Source: Eledone cirrhosa (Eukaryota). Taken from it: a stretch of 64,000 bases of DNA. The translations under genes and the position numbers were made by a program. Under the pieces are notes generated by a model. The model had not been told where the DNA came from. It worked only from the letters and a program-made list of their open reading frames with translations, and ran no database searches. Numbering within the stretch: position 1 is the stretch's first letter; every line of letters starts with the position of its first letter. The stretch covers positions 272,676,001-272,740,000 of the forward strand of contig OZ024743.1 in NCBI GenBank assembly GCA_964016885.1, in the 5' to 3' direction. Shown here in pieces: positions 12,900 through 27,220 of this stretch.

Positions 12900-13809
12900 A
12901 CCACCTCATTTTGCTTCTCTTGGATCGGTTGTTTAATTGTGGGCCTAGGCGTTTGATCCAAAGTGCTTCCTTGATACGTAACGTGCCGACGTTTCTTTCT
13001 GACGCTAGAATTGTGACAATGGACCTTCCGTCTTTGTTTCCGCATTTAGCTATGTGTTTCCGGAAAGACGAGGCGCGGGTTTTAGTGTGTTCCTTGATCC
13101 GGATGTGCAACGGCCGGATTGTGCTACCTATATAGTATTGGTTGCACTTGTTACATTCTATCTTATACACGACGTATCAACGTAGGCAACAGTTCGCATG
13201 GCGCATCGGGCAGTCTCTGAGGGAGCACGCGTCAGTTTATTTCCCGGGTTTCTTGCAGAGGCATCTTCGCAGGTAGGGGCCCGAGTGGGCCAGGTGGATG
13301 TCGAGGACCTCCCTCCGTCTAGCCTTGTGGATAGCGTTGGTGGTATTCTCGCCCAGGTGTGGCATTTTAAGGAAGCACTTGCTTTGGGTGCATCTCTGTC
13401 TCTTGTGTCTGGTGACTCCTACTCTGTCTGTGAGCGAGGTAGGGTACCCGTTCGTCTCCAGCACCTCGAGGAATCGCTTGGTATGAGTGACACCACTCGC
13501 GGGATCGCTGCATCTGTTTTTGATTCGCGCGATCTCATTCGTGATGTATCCTCTTTTGGCACTGTTAGGGAGGGCGGACTTGTAGTGGACGAACCGGTCC
13601 CTGCAGGCTGCCTTTCGGTAGAAGTTGCAGTGGATCCCTCCCTGTTGGGTGATGTTGATTCGGAAGTCGAGGAGGGCAAGTGACTCGTCGTCGTTGGAGT
13701 GTTCAACACTGAAGTCAATGTTCTCGTCCGTGTTGTTGAACGTCTCATAGATTCTGTTCGCCATGTCTTGGGAAGATGTGAGGATGACGATATCGTCCAC
13801 GTACCTTGA
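12900..13809 (-). pseudogene. Inverted copy of the PLE RT C-half and GIY-YIG
   Basis: 'RYVDDIVIL…FYRK' and 'YKIECNKCNQYYIGSTIRPLHIRIKEH…LRIKEALWIKRLGPQLN'. Confidence 0.9.
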
Positions 13810-16140
13810 TATCGTCCACGTCCATAAGCGGACACTCTCAGGACGGACACATCGATTGTCAATAACACCCGCCGACTTGCTCCCGAAAATCACTAAAGCA
13901 ATTGACCAGTGCTACCACTCCAGAGTCGAATATGATAAAAAACGGCTCAAGTGGAAATATGAGTTGATCTTGTCTAAACTCCACAACAAGAACATCGACA
14001 CCAACGAAGAGACGGACCAGAACCACGTGGAAAACAACAACTCAACAACCGCTACCGCCGCATCCACCAACACCGAGCCACACCTCAACGATGCGACGCA
14101 TCTGGTCACCGACCTAACCAGCACTCTTACGAGCGACGAGCTGAAACTCCTACACCTCGGACCCAAGTTCATCGTCTCACAACGACTCGACGACAGACTC
14201 AAACTCAACATCGAGGCCAACTTTTGTCGAGCTACTTAAATAGGTGCTTAAATAGGTGACCGCCATCAACAGCGCCACAGAAAATAACAGCGCCCATGAA
14301 ACCCACCCCAAGTTCCCCACTTACCACTCTGACAACCCACTCCACTCTACCCCCCCCCCCCACCAACCACGAACTCAACACTAAACTCATCAGGGTAAAT
14401 CACTCCATCTCGGATATACTTTCACAAACACACACACACACGCACAACCTCACCAAATCTCAACTCGCCACTCTCTCCAACCTAAAATCGAAGAACCTCA
14501 TCTACCTCGCCTCCGACAAGGGAAAATAACTCTGCGTCATCAGCAGAGAGGCCTACAACACTCTGGCCCTCCAACACCTTGACGATGACAACCTTTACTC
14601 CAAGGTCACGGGAATCACTCCCGCGCAGATAGAAGAGCACATCAACGCCGCCTGGACCAACATCTGCGACCGGCGGAAGCTCCTGAAGAAGCTGAGATAC
14701 AACCTCCTCACGAGGAACAGCAGACTACCCGCCTTCTACCACTTCGTGAAAACACACAAACAGGGACCCGACCTGAAGATCAGGCCCATTGTATCGAGCG
14801 TTGAAGGACCACTCTACAAAATTTCATGGCTCCTAGCCAGAATACTCAAACCCATCTTAGACACCTTGCCGGGGCATGTTAACAGCTCCGAGGAGGTGTT
14901 GAAGCGCCTGCATCAAATGGATCCCGACACCAGAAAGAATAACAGATATGCCTTCAGCCTTGATGTAGTCGCTCTCTACACCTCGGTCCCGGCACTCCCC
15001 GCCGTCAATATACTGATGGAACGCGTCCAATCCACCGACCTACACTGCTTCGGGTTCACCACCACTGACATCCACCAACTCCTATCCATCGTCGTCGACA
15101 ACACCTACTTCGGATTCCTTGATCAAACATACCAACAAAACTCGGGACTGCCCATAGAATCAAGCATGTCGGATGTGCTAGCGATCTCTTACATGGACAG
15201 CCTCGAGCGCAAGGCACTCAACGCCTGCCACCCCAACGCCATCGCCTTTTTCTCAAGGTACGTGGACGATATCCTCATCCTCACATCTTCCCAAGACATG
15301 GCGAACAGAATCTATGAGACGTTCAACAACACGGACGAGAACATTGACTTCAGTGTTGAACACCCCAACGACGACGGGTCACTTGCCCTCCTCGACTTCC
15401 GAATCAACATCACGCAACAGGGAGGGATCCACTGCAACTTCTACCGAAAGGCAGCCTGCAGGGACCGGTTCGTCCACTACAAGTCCGCCCTCCCTAACAG
15501 TGCCACGAATGAGATCGCGCGAATCAAAAACAGATGCAGCGACCCCGAGAGTGGTGTCACTCATACCAAGCGATTCCTCGAGGTGCTGGAGACGAACGGG
15601 TACCCTACCTTGCTCACAGACAGAGTAGGAGTCACCAGACACAAGAGACAGAGAGGCACCCAAGGCAAGTGCTTCCTTAAAATGCCACATCTGGGCGAGA
15701 ATACCACCAACGCTATCCGCAAGGCTATACGGAGTTAGGACCTCGACATCCACCTGGCCCACTCGGGCCCCTACCTGCGAAGATGCCTCTGCAGGAAACC
15801 CGGGAAATCAACTGATGGGTGCTCTCTCAGAGACTGCCCGATGTACCATGCGAACTGTTGCCTATGCACATACGTCGTGTATAAGATATAATGTAACAAG
15901 TGCAACCAATACTATATAGGTAGCACAATCCGGCCGTTGCACATCCGGATCAAGGAACACACTAAAACCCGGGCCTCGTCTTTCCAGAAACACATAGCTA
16001 AATGCGGAAACAAAGACGGAAGGTCCATTGTCAATTCTAGCGACAGAAAGAAACGTCGGCACGTTACGTATCAAGGCAGCACTTTGGATCAAACGCCTAG
16101 GCCCACAATTAAACAACCGATCCGAGAGAAGCGAAATGAG
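13810..16140 (+). pseudogene. PLE RT-GIY-YIG polyprotein disrupted by stops and frameshifts
   Basis: 'LLHLGPKF', 'ASDKG', 'KTHK…IRPIVS', 'SLDVVALYTSVP', 'RYVDD', 'YYIGST…HIRIKEH'. Confidence 0.93.
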
Positions 16141-16475
16141 GTAGTTGGTTCAAGTTAACAAACGATGCAGCAACATACGCACACACACAAGCGAGACAGC
16201 AACACACGGACACACACACACACTCAAGCGAGACAACAATACACGCACACATACACAGTAACATTCACCAAACAGGCAGAGAATAGACTGACAGCTAGCG
16301 CCACCCCACTCCCACAATTAAAAGAACTACTTCGGCCGCTGACCTCTGCCTGACCGACCCCATTTCACGCGCACGCGCGCTCTGCTGAATACCTCAGATA
16401 TTCAAAACAACGAACAGCGGAGGACACGTTTCGCATATTTCCGACAGACAACATACCCCCCCCCCGGGAAAAAAA

Positions 16476-16512
16476 CCCAGTTGATGGATGTGAATCCGAA
16501 ATATATAGGGAC
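16476..16512 (+). ncRNA. Hammerhead-like motif with non-canonical core CAGUUGA
   Basis: Stem II ggat/atcc, GAAA, palindromic tata, UA; located in the 3' pseudo-LTR. Confidence 0.5.
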
Positions 16513-16690
16513 AATTAAATCTCTCCCAAGGTAACTCTTTCTCGTGTTGTTATTTTTATTTTTATCCTTTACGCTCATTCCTTCATTCCTCTACACGTTA
16601 CAGTCTTATACACGCCACGCTTCTCAACGTAGACCCACTTGTTACCCGGAGATATACCCATCTGCATTGTCGAGGCTTCCAAACGACGTA

Positions 16691-16767
<77 letters not shown>

Positions 16768-16799
16768 AGATCAAAAGATGGTTAAAGGAGTTCCATGTA

Positions 16800-16866
16800 T
16801 TTTATTATGCGCATTTCAAAAACAAACATCATCATGCAATAATATTTGTGTTTTCATCAGATAAAA
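16800..16866 (-). ncRNA. Type I hammerhead ribozyme
   Basis: ttttat CTGATGA aaacacaaat…gtttgttttt GAAA tgcgca TA ataaaa. Confidence 0.8.
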
Positions 16867-17883
16867 CAGGAGAACATGATATGAAGGCTAAAAAACACTT
16901 GTGGATAGTGCAGTTTTAAATCTACATATGAAAAGTGGTTTTAGATTGATGTGTGATATTGGGAAAAATATTTTATTTAGAGAGGGGGGGGGAGGATGAA
17001 AAAGGGGGAGGAGATGAGAGGGAGAGATGGGTGATAGAGAGAAAGAGATAGCTTTTATAACTGAGAGGAGATATACTGTCCCACACAGAGAGGTTGAAAA
17101 CCGTTGGAAGATAATGTATAAACCCCAAAAAGTTTTTGAAAATCAACGAAGGGAGGATATGTGCGAGGAAAAAGTATTTTATTTAAGGAGGGGGTCTGGA
17201 AAGGATGAAAGAAAAGGGGGAGGAGATGAGAGTGAAGGTGGAGAGGGAGAGATGGGCGATAGAGAGAAAGAGATAGTTTTTATAACTGAGAGAAAGATAC
17301 ATTGCCTTACACAGGGAGGTTGAGAAACCGTTGGAAGATAATGTATAAATTAAAGGAATTTGAAAATTAACGAAGGGAATTTATGTATGAAGATAGAGAG
17401 AAGAAATAATAATTGTGGATGAATATTCTAACGTCAAAAAAAGGGTATGTTGTGGCAATTTCAAAATTAACGAAGAGAAAAATTATTAAGGTTTGTGTGT
17501 AGAAGGATTTGAGAAAAATAATGTGAAGTTAAAGTTTGTATATTGGAGGAATTGATAATATATGCGAATAGAGTTAATATGTATTAAGAATGAGTTCGTT
17601 GATGGGGAGAAAAAAAATAAATTAAGGATGAAATTGAGATTAAAAAGATTTATGAGAGAGAGAAAAAAATAATGATTGCGGATAAATATTCTAACGTCAA
17701 AAAAAACAGATGTATATGTTATGAATGATTTTACAAGTGAAGATAGAGTGAGGGTAATGAGTAAACAAGTATTATAGAGTGTATAAAGCCCTTTAAAGTA
17801 TGGTAGGAAGATGGGTATATTTTAAAGAGGTGTATGTATATGTGCCTTTGAGAAAAGATTCTAAATTGATAAAGAATTGAATA

Positions 17884-18549
17884 TTAACTGTATACTTTGT
17901 GAAAAGTTCTATGGAATTTATGCAGGCAGATAGAAAACAAATCTGTGCGTCTATTTATTATAGAATCTAGGTTAGAGATAATGGTAAATTTTTCATTTAG
18001 GCAGAGATTACAGATTTTAGATAGAGAGCTGTTCAAGTATGAGGATGCAGAAGAAATCTTCTTCCAAAAGATGGTATATTTAATGTTTTTGTCTTTTAAG
18101 GACCATATGAGTTCTGAGAGAGCAGTGTTAGTTCTTTTAAGTTTGTATTTGAAAGATGAATGATGATTATAGAGACGAGCTTTAAAAGAGGTGGAAGTGG
18201 AGCCAAAATAGGTGAAGGAATTGGTGCTAGTTATAATTTTACATTCATAAATTAAGTTTTTATCGAGACAATGGTTGTTGAGAGGACATTTATTTTTAAT
18301 GCGGCAGTTGCAATTAGAGAGATTATTAATGAGTGATCTAGTGTTATCTATAGAAGGAATTGGATTGGAGAAGTTGTTTGCGATAGGAATAATAGGAATA
18401 ATAGTTGCTTGATTTAGAGTTGGATTATGAACATTTAGCGAAGTTGTGTTTGACGTTGTATTTGGGTTTACAGAAGTTAGCCTAGGGTTTACAATGACGT
18501 CGGGAGTACTATTACTGTTATTATGAAATTCAATATTGGAAGGAAGAGA
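17884..18549 (-). CDS. Met-less open frame (222 codons): N/S/T/P-rich linker, Cys motif and GIY-YIG endonuclease of a PLE
   Basis: Manual translation: 'CNCRIKNKCPLNNHCLDKNLIYECKI…TYFGSTSTSFKARLYNHHSSF…LSELIWSLKDK…CNLCLNEK…CLHK'; absent from the ORF track. Confidence 0.85.
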   Translation of the reverse strand, partial: SLPSNIEFHNNSNSTPDVIVNPRLTSVNPNTTSNTTSLNVHNPTLNQATIIPIIPIANNFSNPIPSIDNTRSLINNLSNCNCRIKNKCPLNNHCLDKNLIYECKIITSTNSFTYFGSTSTSFKARLYNHHSSFKYKLKRTNTALSELIWSLKDKNIKYTIFWKKISSASSYLNSSLSKICNLCLNEKFTIISNLDSIINRRTDLFSICLHKFHRTFHKVYS

Positions 18550-18635
18550 TTTATATATATATATATATCATAAATCATGTCCTTAGAATTATTAGATAAA
18601 ATATATACCATTTCCTGTCTTTATGTATATGTAAA

Positions 18636-18670
<35 letters not shown>

Positions 18671-18718
18671 CAGCGATTCTTTGCTTAAACTTTAATCTGT
18701 TATTTCAATAAATACATA

Positions 18719-18790
<72 letters not shown>

Positions 18791-18818
18791 TATATATATA
18801 TATATACATATATATACG

Positions 18819-18905
<87 letters not shown>

Positions 18906-18920
18906 ACATACAAACACACT

Positions 18921-18952
<32 letters not shown>

Positions 18953-19098
18953 AGTTTGTACGTGAAAAATCACACATGAGTGAGGGAATGTTGAAATTCC
19001 CATATTACAAGGGTGAACGAATATTTAAAGAATATAACAATGACAGTGCCCCAGCATGGCCTTAGACAGTCGGTTGGAACAGGTAAAAGAAAACAAGT
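18953..19098 (+). mobile_element. Short repeat ending in a CR1-like LINE tail
   Basis: 'gtgccccagcatggcc…ggaacaggtaaaaga' matches the LINE 3' end at about 36418-36480; second copy at 21430-21600 on the minus strand. Confidence 0.7.
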
Positions 19099-19114
19099 AT
19101 ATATATATATATAT

Positions 19115-19560
19115 ATATAAGTTAAAACAATGAAATAAAACATCAAGTCATTAGAGATATACTTCACTGCTTTACGATCGTTTCTAGATGATGATAATAC
19201 ATTGTAGCTAAACTCCGTTATTGATCTATCTAAGTTTAGTTACAAAATATCAGATAGAGTGAATATTTACTTACATGTATATCACTAGCTGTTTTCAAAA
19301 GCAATAATAATTTTATTCAATAATAAAATTATTATTGTATAAAATTATTATTGCTTTTGAAAACAGCTAGTGATATACATGTAAGTAAATATTCACTCTA
19401 TCTGATATTTTGTAACTAAACTTACATAGATCAATAACGGAGTTTAGCTACAATGTATTATCATCATCTAGAAACGATCGTAAAGCAGTGAAGTATATCT
19501 CTAATGACTTGATGTTTTATTTCATTGTTTTATTTTTTATTTCATTGTTTTAACTTATAT
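19115..19560. repeat. Near-perfect palindrome with arms of about 200 bp
   Basis: 19121-19315 is the reverse complement of about 19340-19532. Confidence 0.95.
19352..19487 (+). ncRNA. Hammerhead motif, U3:A8 core, stem II region of about 105 nt (mirror copy at 19168-19303, minus strand)
   Basis: tgctt TTGAAAA cagctagtgatatacat…atgtattatcatcatcta GAAA cgatcg TA aagca. Confidence 0.6.
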
Positions 19561-19734
19561 CATGATTCTGTTTTCCTTTTAATATTTTAGTGTTTTCCGA
19601 CATTTATCTTAACCTACAACATTTTCAACATATGGATTACATCGAGTTCTTCATGCAGAATAGACCCCACAACTTACTGTGGATACCTCTGTATATATAT
19701 ATATATAGTTCACTTGAAGCATTGTGTAATGAGG

Positions 19735-20149
19735 TATAAACGTTTGAATATGTGTAATAAAGCCAAAACAATGCAGGCATGGACATAGAAAAAAAGAATG
19801 CAATTGTAAAAGATATTGTTGACAATTCGTCCTTTACCTTAGATTTATTTAAATGTCCTTAATTTTCGAGATAATATCTCTTCTTCAGAGGGAAATAAAG
19901 GTCTCAAACCAGCGTTATAAATATCTTGCCAAGCCATGCTGACGTCAGCATGGCTTGGCAAGATATTTATAACGCTGGTTTGAGACCTTTATTTCCCTCT
20001 GAAGAAGAGATATCTCGAAAATTAAGGACATTTAAATAAATCTAAGGTAAAGGACGAATTGTCAACAATATCTTTTACAATTGCATTCTTTTTTTCTATG
20101 TCCATGCCTGCATTGTTTTGGCTTTATTACACATATTCAAACGTTTATA
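19735..20149. repeat. Spacer-less palindrome centred on gacgtc (19941-19946)
   Basis: Arms are near-identical reverse complements, differing by a 3-nt indel and isolated substitutions. Confidence 0.95.
19857..19891 (-). ncRNA. Minimal hammerhead ribozyme (mirror copy at 19996-20027, plus strand)
   Basis: cct CTGAAGA a gagat att atctc GAAA at TA agg. Confidence 0.7.
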
Positions 20150-20319
20150 TATATATATATATATATATATTTTAGTATATGTTGGTTGTTTACCGACACC
20201 TCAGTATGCAGATTGGAGCACTCGATGAAGTACGCAGGTTGGCTTGGTTACTCAGGGGTAATGTAAAATAAAGTAATTAAGTCAAATATTTAAAATTTGG
20301 CTCCGTTTATTAAAGATGT

Positions 20320-20374
20320 ACTGCTATATATATTTCGGTGACAGCCATCATTGGCTCGGACCTCTTCAGGCAGT
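20320..20374 (-). ncRNA. Type I hammerhead ribozyme in a TA-flanked non-coding block (20165-20735)
   Basis: actgc CTGAAGA ggt ccg agcca atga tggct gtc acc GAAA tatata TA gcagt. Confidence 0.85.
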
Positions 20375-20739
20375 TCAAATTGGTGTGGTAGAGACAGGTA
20401 CACATATTGTTAAAGTGTTTTACTGCGTCAATACTCCGATATGTCCAGCTCCTGGTTGGGTTATTTCTCTGAGGAACTGGAATCATATGAATTCGAACAA
20501 ACGAATTTCGGCATCATAGGACATTCTCTCTTCCATATTGATCAGTTGTGACAACATTCGTCTATAGACATTTTTTTTCTGAGGCAAGACAATCTGTTGT
20601 GGTTGTTTTTGTTAGGTACAGCTGACCTCCTGCCTTGTGTTTATTGGTGTTAGGGGGTTAGCTGGCAGGTCAGCCTTAGTTCTAATGCTGCTGTCTTTAG
20701 AAGAATGAGTGTGTGTGGGTTGGCATCAATCCTACATAT

Positions 20740-21410
20740 ATAGATACATGCACATATATATATATATATGTACGTATGGATTTACCGAACATTTATTATA
20801 ATGTTCGGTAAACCCATACGTACATATATATATATGTGTGCATGTATGTATATATATACATACTACTGTGTGTCTGTACACATAAATGTATGTACGTATA
20901 CATACTTATATTTAGGTATCAGCCGTACTAAGAGTGAGAAATGAAATTTCGTTTCATTCTTTTCCATTTATCGTTTTCGGTATGCCCGGCCGACTAACTC
21001 ATCGATATGCCAATTAGGCTGCTCAGCCGTTAATATGCATAGGGAAAGTATATACTTTCAGACGTTCAATCATCTGACAGAAAGGTATACGATGCTGACG
21101 ATAGCTAATAAGCTTGAAACTAGTACATCTTTCCTGTGTCAGTGTTGAACAAAAGGGCGACGATAGTTGCCGAGCACTGTACGGCGTAATTCGGGCTGTT
21201 TGTTTACAAACAAACCGAACATTATAATAAATGTTCGGTAAACCCATACGTACATATATATAAGTGTGCATGTATGTATATATATATATATATACATACT
21301 ACTGTGTGTCTGTACACATATATGTATGTACGTACACATACTTATATTTAGGTAACAGCCGTACTAAGAGTGAGAAATGAAATTTCGTTTCATTCTTTTC
21401 CATTTATATA
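20740..21410 (+). mobile_element. Non-coding HHR tandem element family A (retrozyme-like), about 1.4 units, unit 436 bp
   Basis: 'cagccgtactaagagtgagaaatg' at 20920 and 21356; HHR at 21091; 5' foldback. Confidence 0.85.
21091..21129 (+). ncRNA. Type I hammerhead ribozyme (family A)
   Basis: gatg CTGACGA t agct aata agct t GAAA ctag TA catc; stem I extends further (ctgac…gtcag, gttcaa…ttgaac). Confidence 0.85.
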
Positions 21411-21429
21411 TATGCATATATATAATGAG

Positions 21430-21600
21430 TTTTTGTATTTGTGTATTCTTTTACCTGTTCCAAACGACTGTCTAAGGCCATGGTGGGGCACTGTCATTGT
21501 TTTATTCTTTAAAAATCGGTTCGCCCTTGTTGGCCACCAGTGAATAAGGGAATTTTAACATTCCCTCACGCATGTCTGATTTTTCACGTACGAACTTAAC
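21430..21600 (-). mobile_element. Second copy of the short repeat with CR1-like tail
   Basis: Reverse-complement homology to 18953-19098. Confidence 0.7.
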
Positions 21601-21629
21601 AGTGAACTTAAACAGCAGAATATCGACCT

Positions 21630-21674
<45 letters not shown>

Positions 21675-22130
21675 TCGTCATTCGCTGACTCCACTTTCAG
21701 CAGATTGTGCTCTAACATAATTTAGTTCCTTCCAATGTTTCCTATTTTGCGTGGTTTCGTTTAGTTTATAAACATCTAGACCGTTTATAGACATTGTCAC
21801 ACCAGTCTCAGTGGCCTACCGCATTTCTTTTACCTTGAATCATACACGCCATACATGTTTTAGAAATACATTTTTGCGAACGTTTTCCGTGACCAAAGAT
21901 ATTCAGGACTTTGCTTTTGATGATGCATATTATAGGAACTTGTTTAGCAGCTTCTAGTAGATCCACGATTTTAAAGCTCGAGTAGTTTGTTGTTTGTAAT
22001 GAACACCATAATGTTTTTTGAAAGGTCTCGATTTTACTAATTCATGTATGGTATCCAACTCACGCACTTAAGATCATAAAGGACGAGAAGCTGGACATAC
22101 AAGTTATAGATTTTACATCTGATATTAGAC
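21675..22130 (-). pseudogene. Decayed RTE LINE 3' end
   Basis: Minus strand: 'LNIFGHGKR…IQGKRKCGRP'. Confidence 0.55.
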
Positions 22131-22579
22131 TGTGTAAAAATACATAAATTTGAGATAGAAAAGAGAACAAAAGCACAATTACAGAAATCGAATATCACCT
22201 AAATCACCCAGCTATTATTGTTGGCTAGCCGGGGGTCTGATCTGATCAAGCCGATGTATAAACAAAAGCCTTCCATTTAGAATATTGTGTTAGTTAAGAG
22301 TATCTAAAAATACATTGTCCATTTTACAGTAGACTCATCAATCACATAGTGATAATTCACAACGGAGTTACACAGCAAGGGATATATTATTTTCTTAAAT
22401 GGAATGAAAATTGAATAACACTCGTGAAGGGGATATAATGACACAGTCAGTTGTGAAAGCCTAAAAACTATGCTATACCTATTTTCGTAATTCTATGAGC
22501 TTAGTTCGAATTCCAATAACGTGGAGGTTGCCTTTTATCAATCCGAGGCAGAAAATCTAATTATAATTCATGTACTGTA

Positions 22580-23270
22580 GCGCGGTGGAATGTCAGTATC
22601 GGTAGAGCGTTGGACACCATGCTTTGAGGTATAACGTTACAGAACTTTACCTTCTGAGTATACATTCCACCGAGGTTAGCTTTGCCTTTCGTCCTTACAG
22701 GGTCGATAAAATATAGCATTAGTAATGCACTGGATTGATTTAATTTACTTTCCTCTCTTCCAATATTATTGGCATTGTGGCTAAATCAGAAACTATTATT
22801 CATACATTGTTGGGAGATGGATTAGCAGTATAGGTCGAGTGTCGGACAAGATGCTTTGTGGTATATAGTTACGTTCCCGTATGTTCTGAGTACAAATCTC
22901 TCTGAGATTAGCTTTACATTTCATCCTTACAATTTCGATAAAATAAAGTAACCGCAATGAACTGGAGTCGATTTCACTCCCTCAAGATTGTTGGCCTTGT
23001 GCCTAGATCAGAAACCATTATTCATGCATTGTAATCAAGAACAATCAATGAACAAAATATTTCTTCCATAAATTAATGACAATTGATTCTAAATTTGGCA
23101 CAAGGCCAGCAATTATCCCAGTGTAATACTGGTGCCTTATTTTATCGACCCCGTAAGGAGGAAAGGCAAAGTTAACCTCGGCGGGATTTGAACTCAGACC
23201 ATAAAGGGCCGTAGGTTTTTGCTGCAAAGCATGGCGTCAGACCCCTCACCGATACAGCCAATCCACCGAC
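22580..23270. mobile_element. SINE cluster: two diverged plus-strand copies and one younger minus-strand copy (23080-23270)
   Basis: Matches to the SINE consensus. Confidence 0.8.
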
Positions 23271-23944
23271 CATACAGATGAACCATTATAAAAGAAATGA
23301 TGAAAAATTGATATTCGCCTATATGCTGGTATCCAGCGTAACATTTAAATTCAGGCTATCTTCGGTCAAAATGTTTTTCAAATATATTTTCGTAGTTTTA
23401 TTTTGGAATATAATGACACTATAAAATATAGCTTTTCTGTATTATTTGCGAGAATTGACATCATTTTCGTTGGGCACTTATTCGTTTGTTTCTAATTATT
23501 TTATCAGGTTCTACCTGCGCTAGTTTTCATACATTTGATGCTACAAATTCAAAATACACCTTTTACTTACTATGAATTCTTTGTGTCATCTTTGTATGCA
23601 GTGGTAGTGGGACGGATAAAATTGGCTTGGTATTCATATGGAAAGCACTCCGATATTTTGTTTACACGTTGTATGAGTTCGCTGAATGCTATATTAAATA
23701 TTTGTAAAGAAACAATTATGTGTGGTAATTATATTATTATAATCATCACAATCATTATTATTAATATTACATTTAACATTATTTCTGAACATGCCAACGG
23801 GGTGAGAAAGAGACAAAACTACAAAACTTAAAATGATTATTTAAAGGAAAGGGTTTATTTCCTATGGGATAACACACTTATTTATTTCATTACATAGTTA
23901 CACAGATAGAAATATATATTTGAGCATATAAAGTTATAAAAGAT

Positions 23945-25829
<1,885 letters not shown>

Positions 25830-25990
25830 GATATATACATATAGATATATAGTTTTATATGTATATATATGTATATATATATATGCATGTATATATATAT
25901 GTATATGTATATGTATATGTATATATATATATACACATAGATAGATATATACATATATATGTATATATACATAGATATATACATTTATAT

Positions 25991-26031
<41 letters not shown>

Positions 26032-26162
26032 CATATATATATATATATTCACATATATATACGTAGATAGATATATACATATATACATATAGATATATAC
26101 ATATATATATACATATATATATACATATATATATATACATATATATATACATATAGATATAT

Positions 26163-26200
<38 letters not shown>

Positions 26201-26468
26201 GGAAAAAATGAAACGAAATTTCATTTCTCACTTAGTACGGCTGTTACTTAAATGTAAGTATGTACACGTACATACATATATGTATACGGACGTACAGTAG
26301 TATGTATATATATATACATACATGCACATATATATATATATATATGTACGTGTGGATTTACCGAATATTTATTATAATGCTCGGTGTGTTTGTAAACAAA
26401 CATCCCGAATTAAGCCCTAAAGTGTCTAGCAACCATCGTTGCTCATTTGTTCAACCCTGACAAAGGAA

Positions 26469-26509
26469 CGCTGTACTAGTTTCAAGCTTATTAGCTATCG
26501 TCAGCAACG
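26469..26509 (-). ncRNA. Hammerhead ribozyme (family A)
   Basis: cgttg CTGACGA tagctaataagctt GAAA ctag TA cagcg. Confidence 0.85.
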
Positions 26510-26666
26510 TATACCTTCCTGCCACATTTAAGTAACAGCCGTACTAAGAGTGAGAAAGGAAATTTCGTTTCATTTTTTCCGTTTATCATTTTCGGCTGCT
26601 CAGCCGTTAATATGGACAGGGAAAGTATATACTTTCAGACGTCCAATCATCTGGCAGGAAGGTATA

Positions 26667-26707
26667 CGTTGCTGACGATAGCTAATAAGCTTGAAACTAG
26701 TATAGCG
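26667..26707 (+). ncRNA. Hammerhead ribozyme (family A)
   Basis: cgttg CTGACGA tagctaataagctt GAAA ctag TA tagcg. Confidence 0.8.
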
Positions 26708-26846
26708 TTCCTTTGTCAGGGTTGAACAAATGAGCAACGATGGTTGCTAGACACTCTACGGCTTAATTCGGGATGTTTGTTTACAAACACACCGAGCATT
26801 ATAATAAATGTTCGGTGAATCCATACGTACATATATATATGTATGC

Positions 26847-26953
<107 letters not shown>

Positions 26954-27179
26954 CTACTGTAGGTCCGTATACATATATGTATGTACGTGTATATACATAC
27001 ATTTAAGTAACAGCCGTACTAAGAGTGAGAAATGCAATTTCGTTTCATTTTTTCCGTTTATCGTTTTCGGCACCCCGGCCGATTAACTCACTCGATATGC
27101 AAATTAGGTTGCTCAGCCGTTAATATGGATAAGGAAAGTATATACTTTCAGACGTTTAATCATCTGGCAGGAAGGTATA

Positions 27180-27220
27180 CGTTGCTGACGATAGCTAATA
27201 AGCTTGAAACAAGTACAGCG
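27180..27220 (+). ncRNA. Hammerhead ribozyme (family A)
   Basis: cgttg CTGACGA tagctaataagctt GAAA caag TA cagcg; 513 bp from the preceding HHR. Confidence 0.8.

Larger units (their letters stand above)
12161..16690 (+). mobile_element. Penelope-like element with a large inverted 5' duplication, inserted in (TA)n
   Basis: Body on + from about 13810; 12216-13809 is an inverted copy of 15253-16687; TA runs on both sides. Confidence 0.95.
16770..18550 (-). mobile_element. 5'-truncated Penelope-like element (GIY-YIG plus 3' pseudo-LTR with HHR)
   Basis: Open frame 18549-17884, UTR with internal duplications, HHR at 16800; TA runs on both sides. Confidence 0.9.

Noticed and set aside
13198-15762. 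Antisense and alternate-frame ORFs of 100-160 aa
   Set aside because: Shadow frames of the GC-rich PLE RT coding sequence
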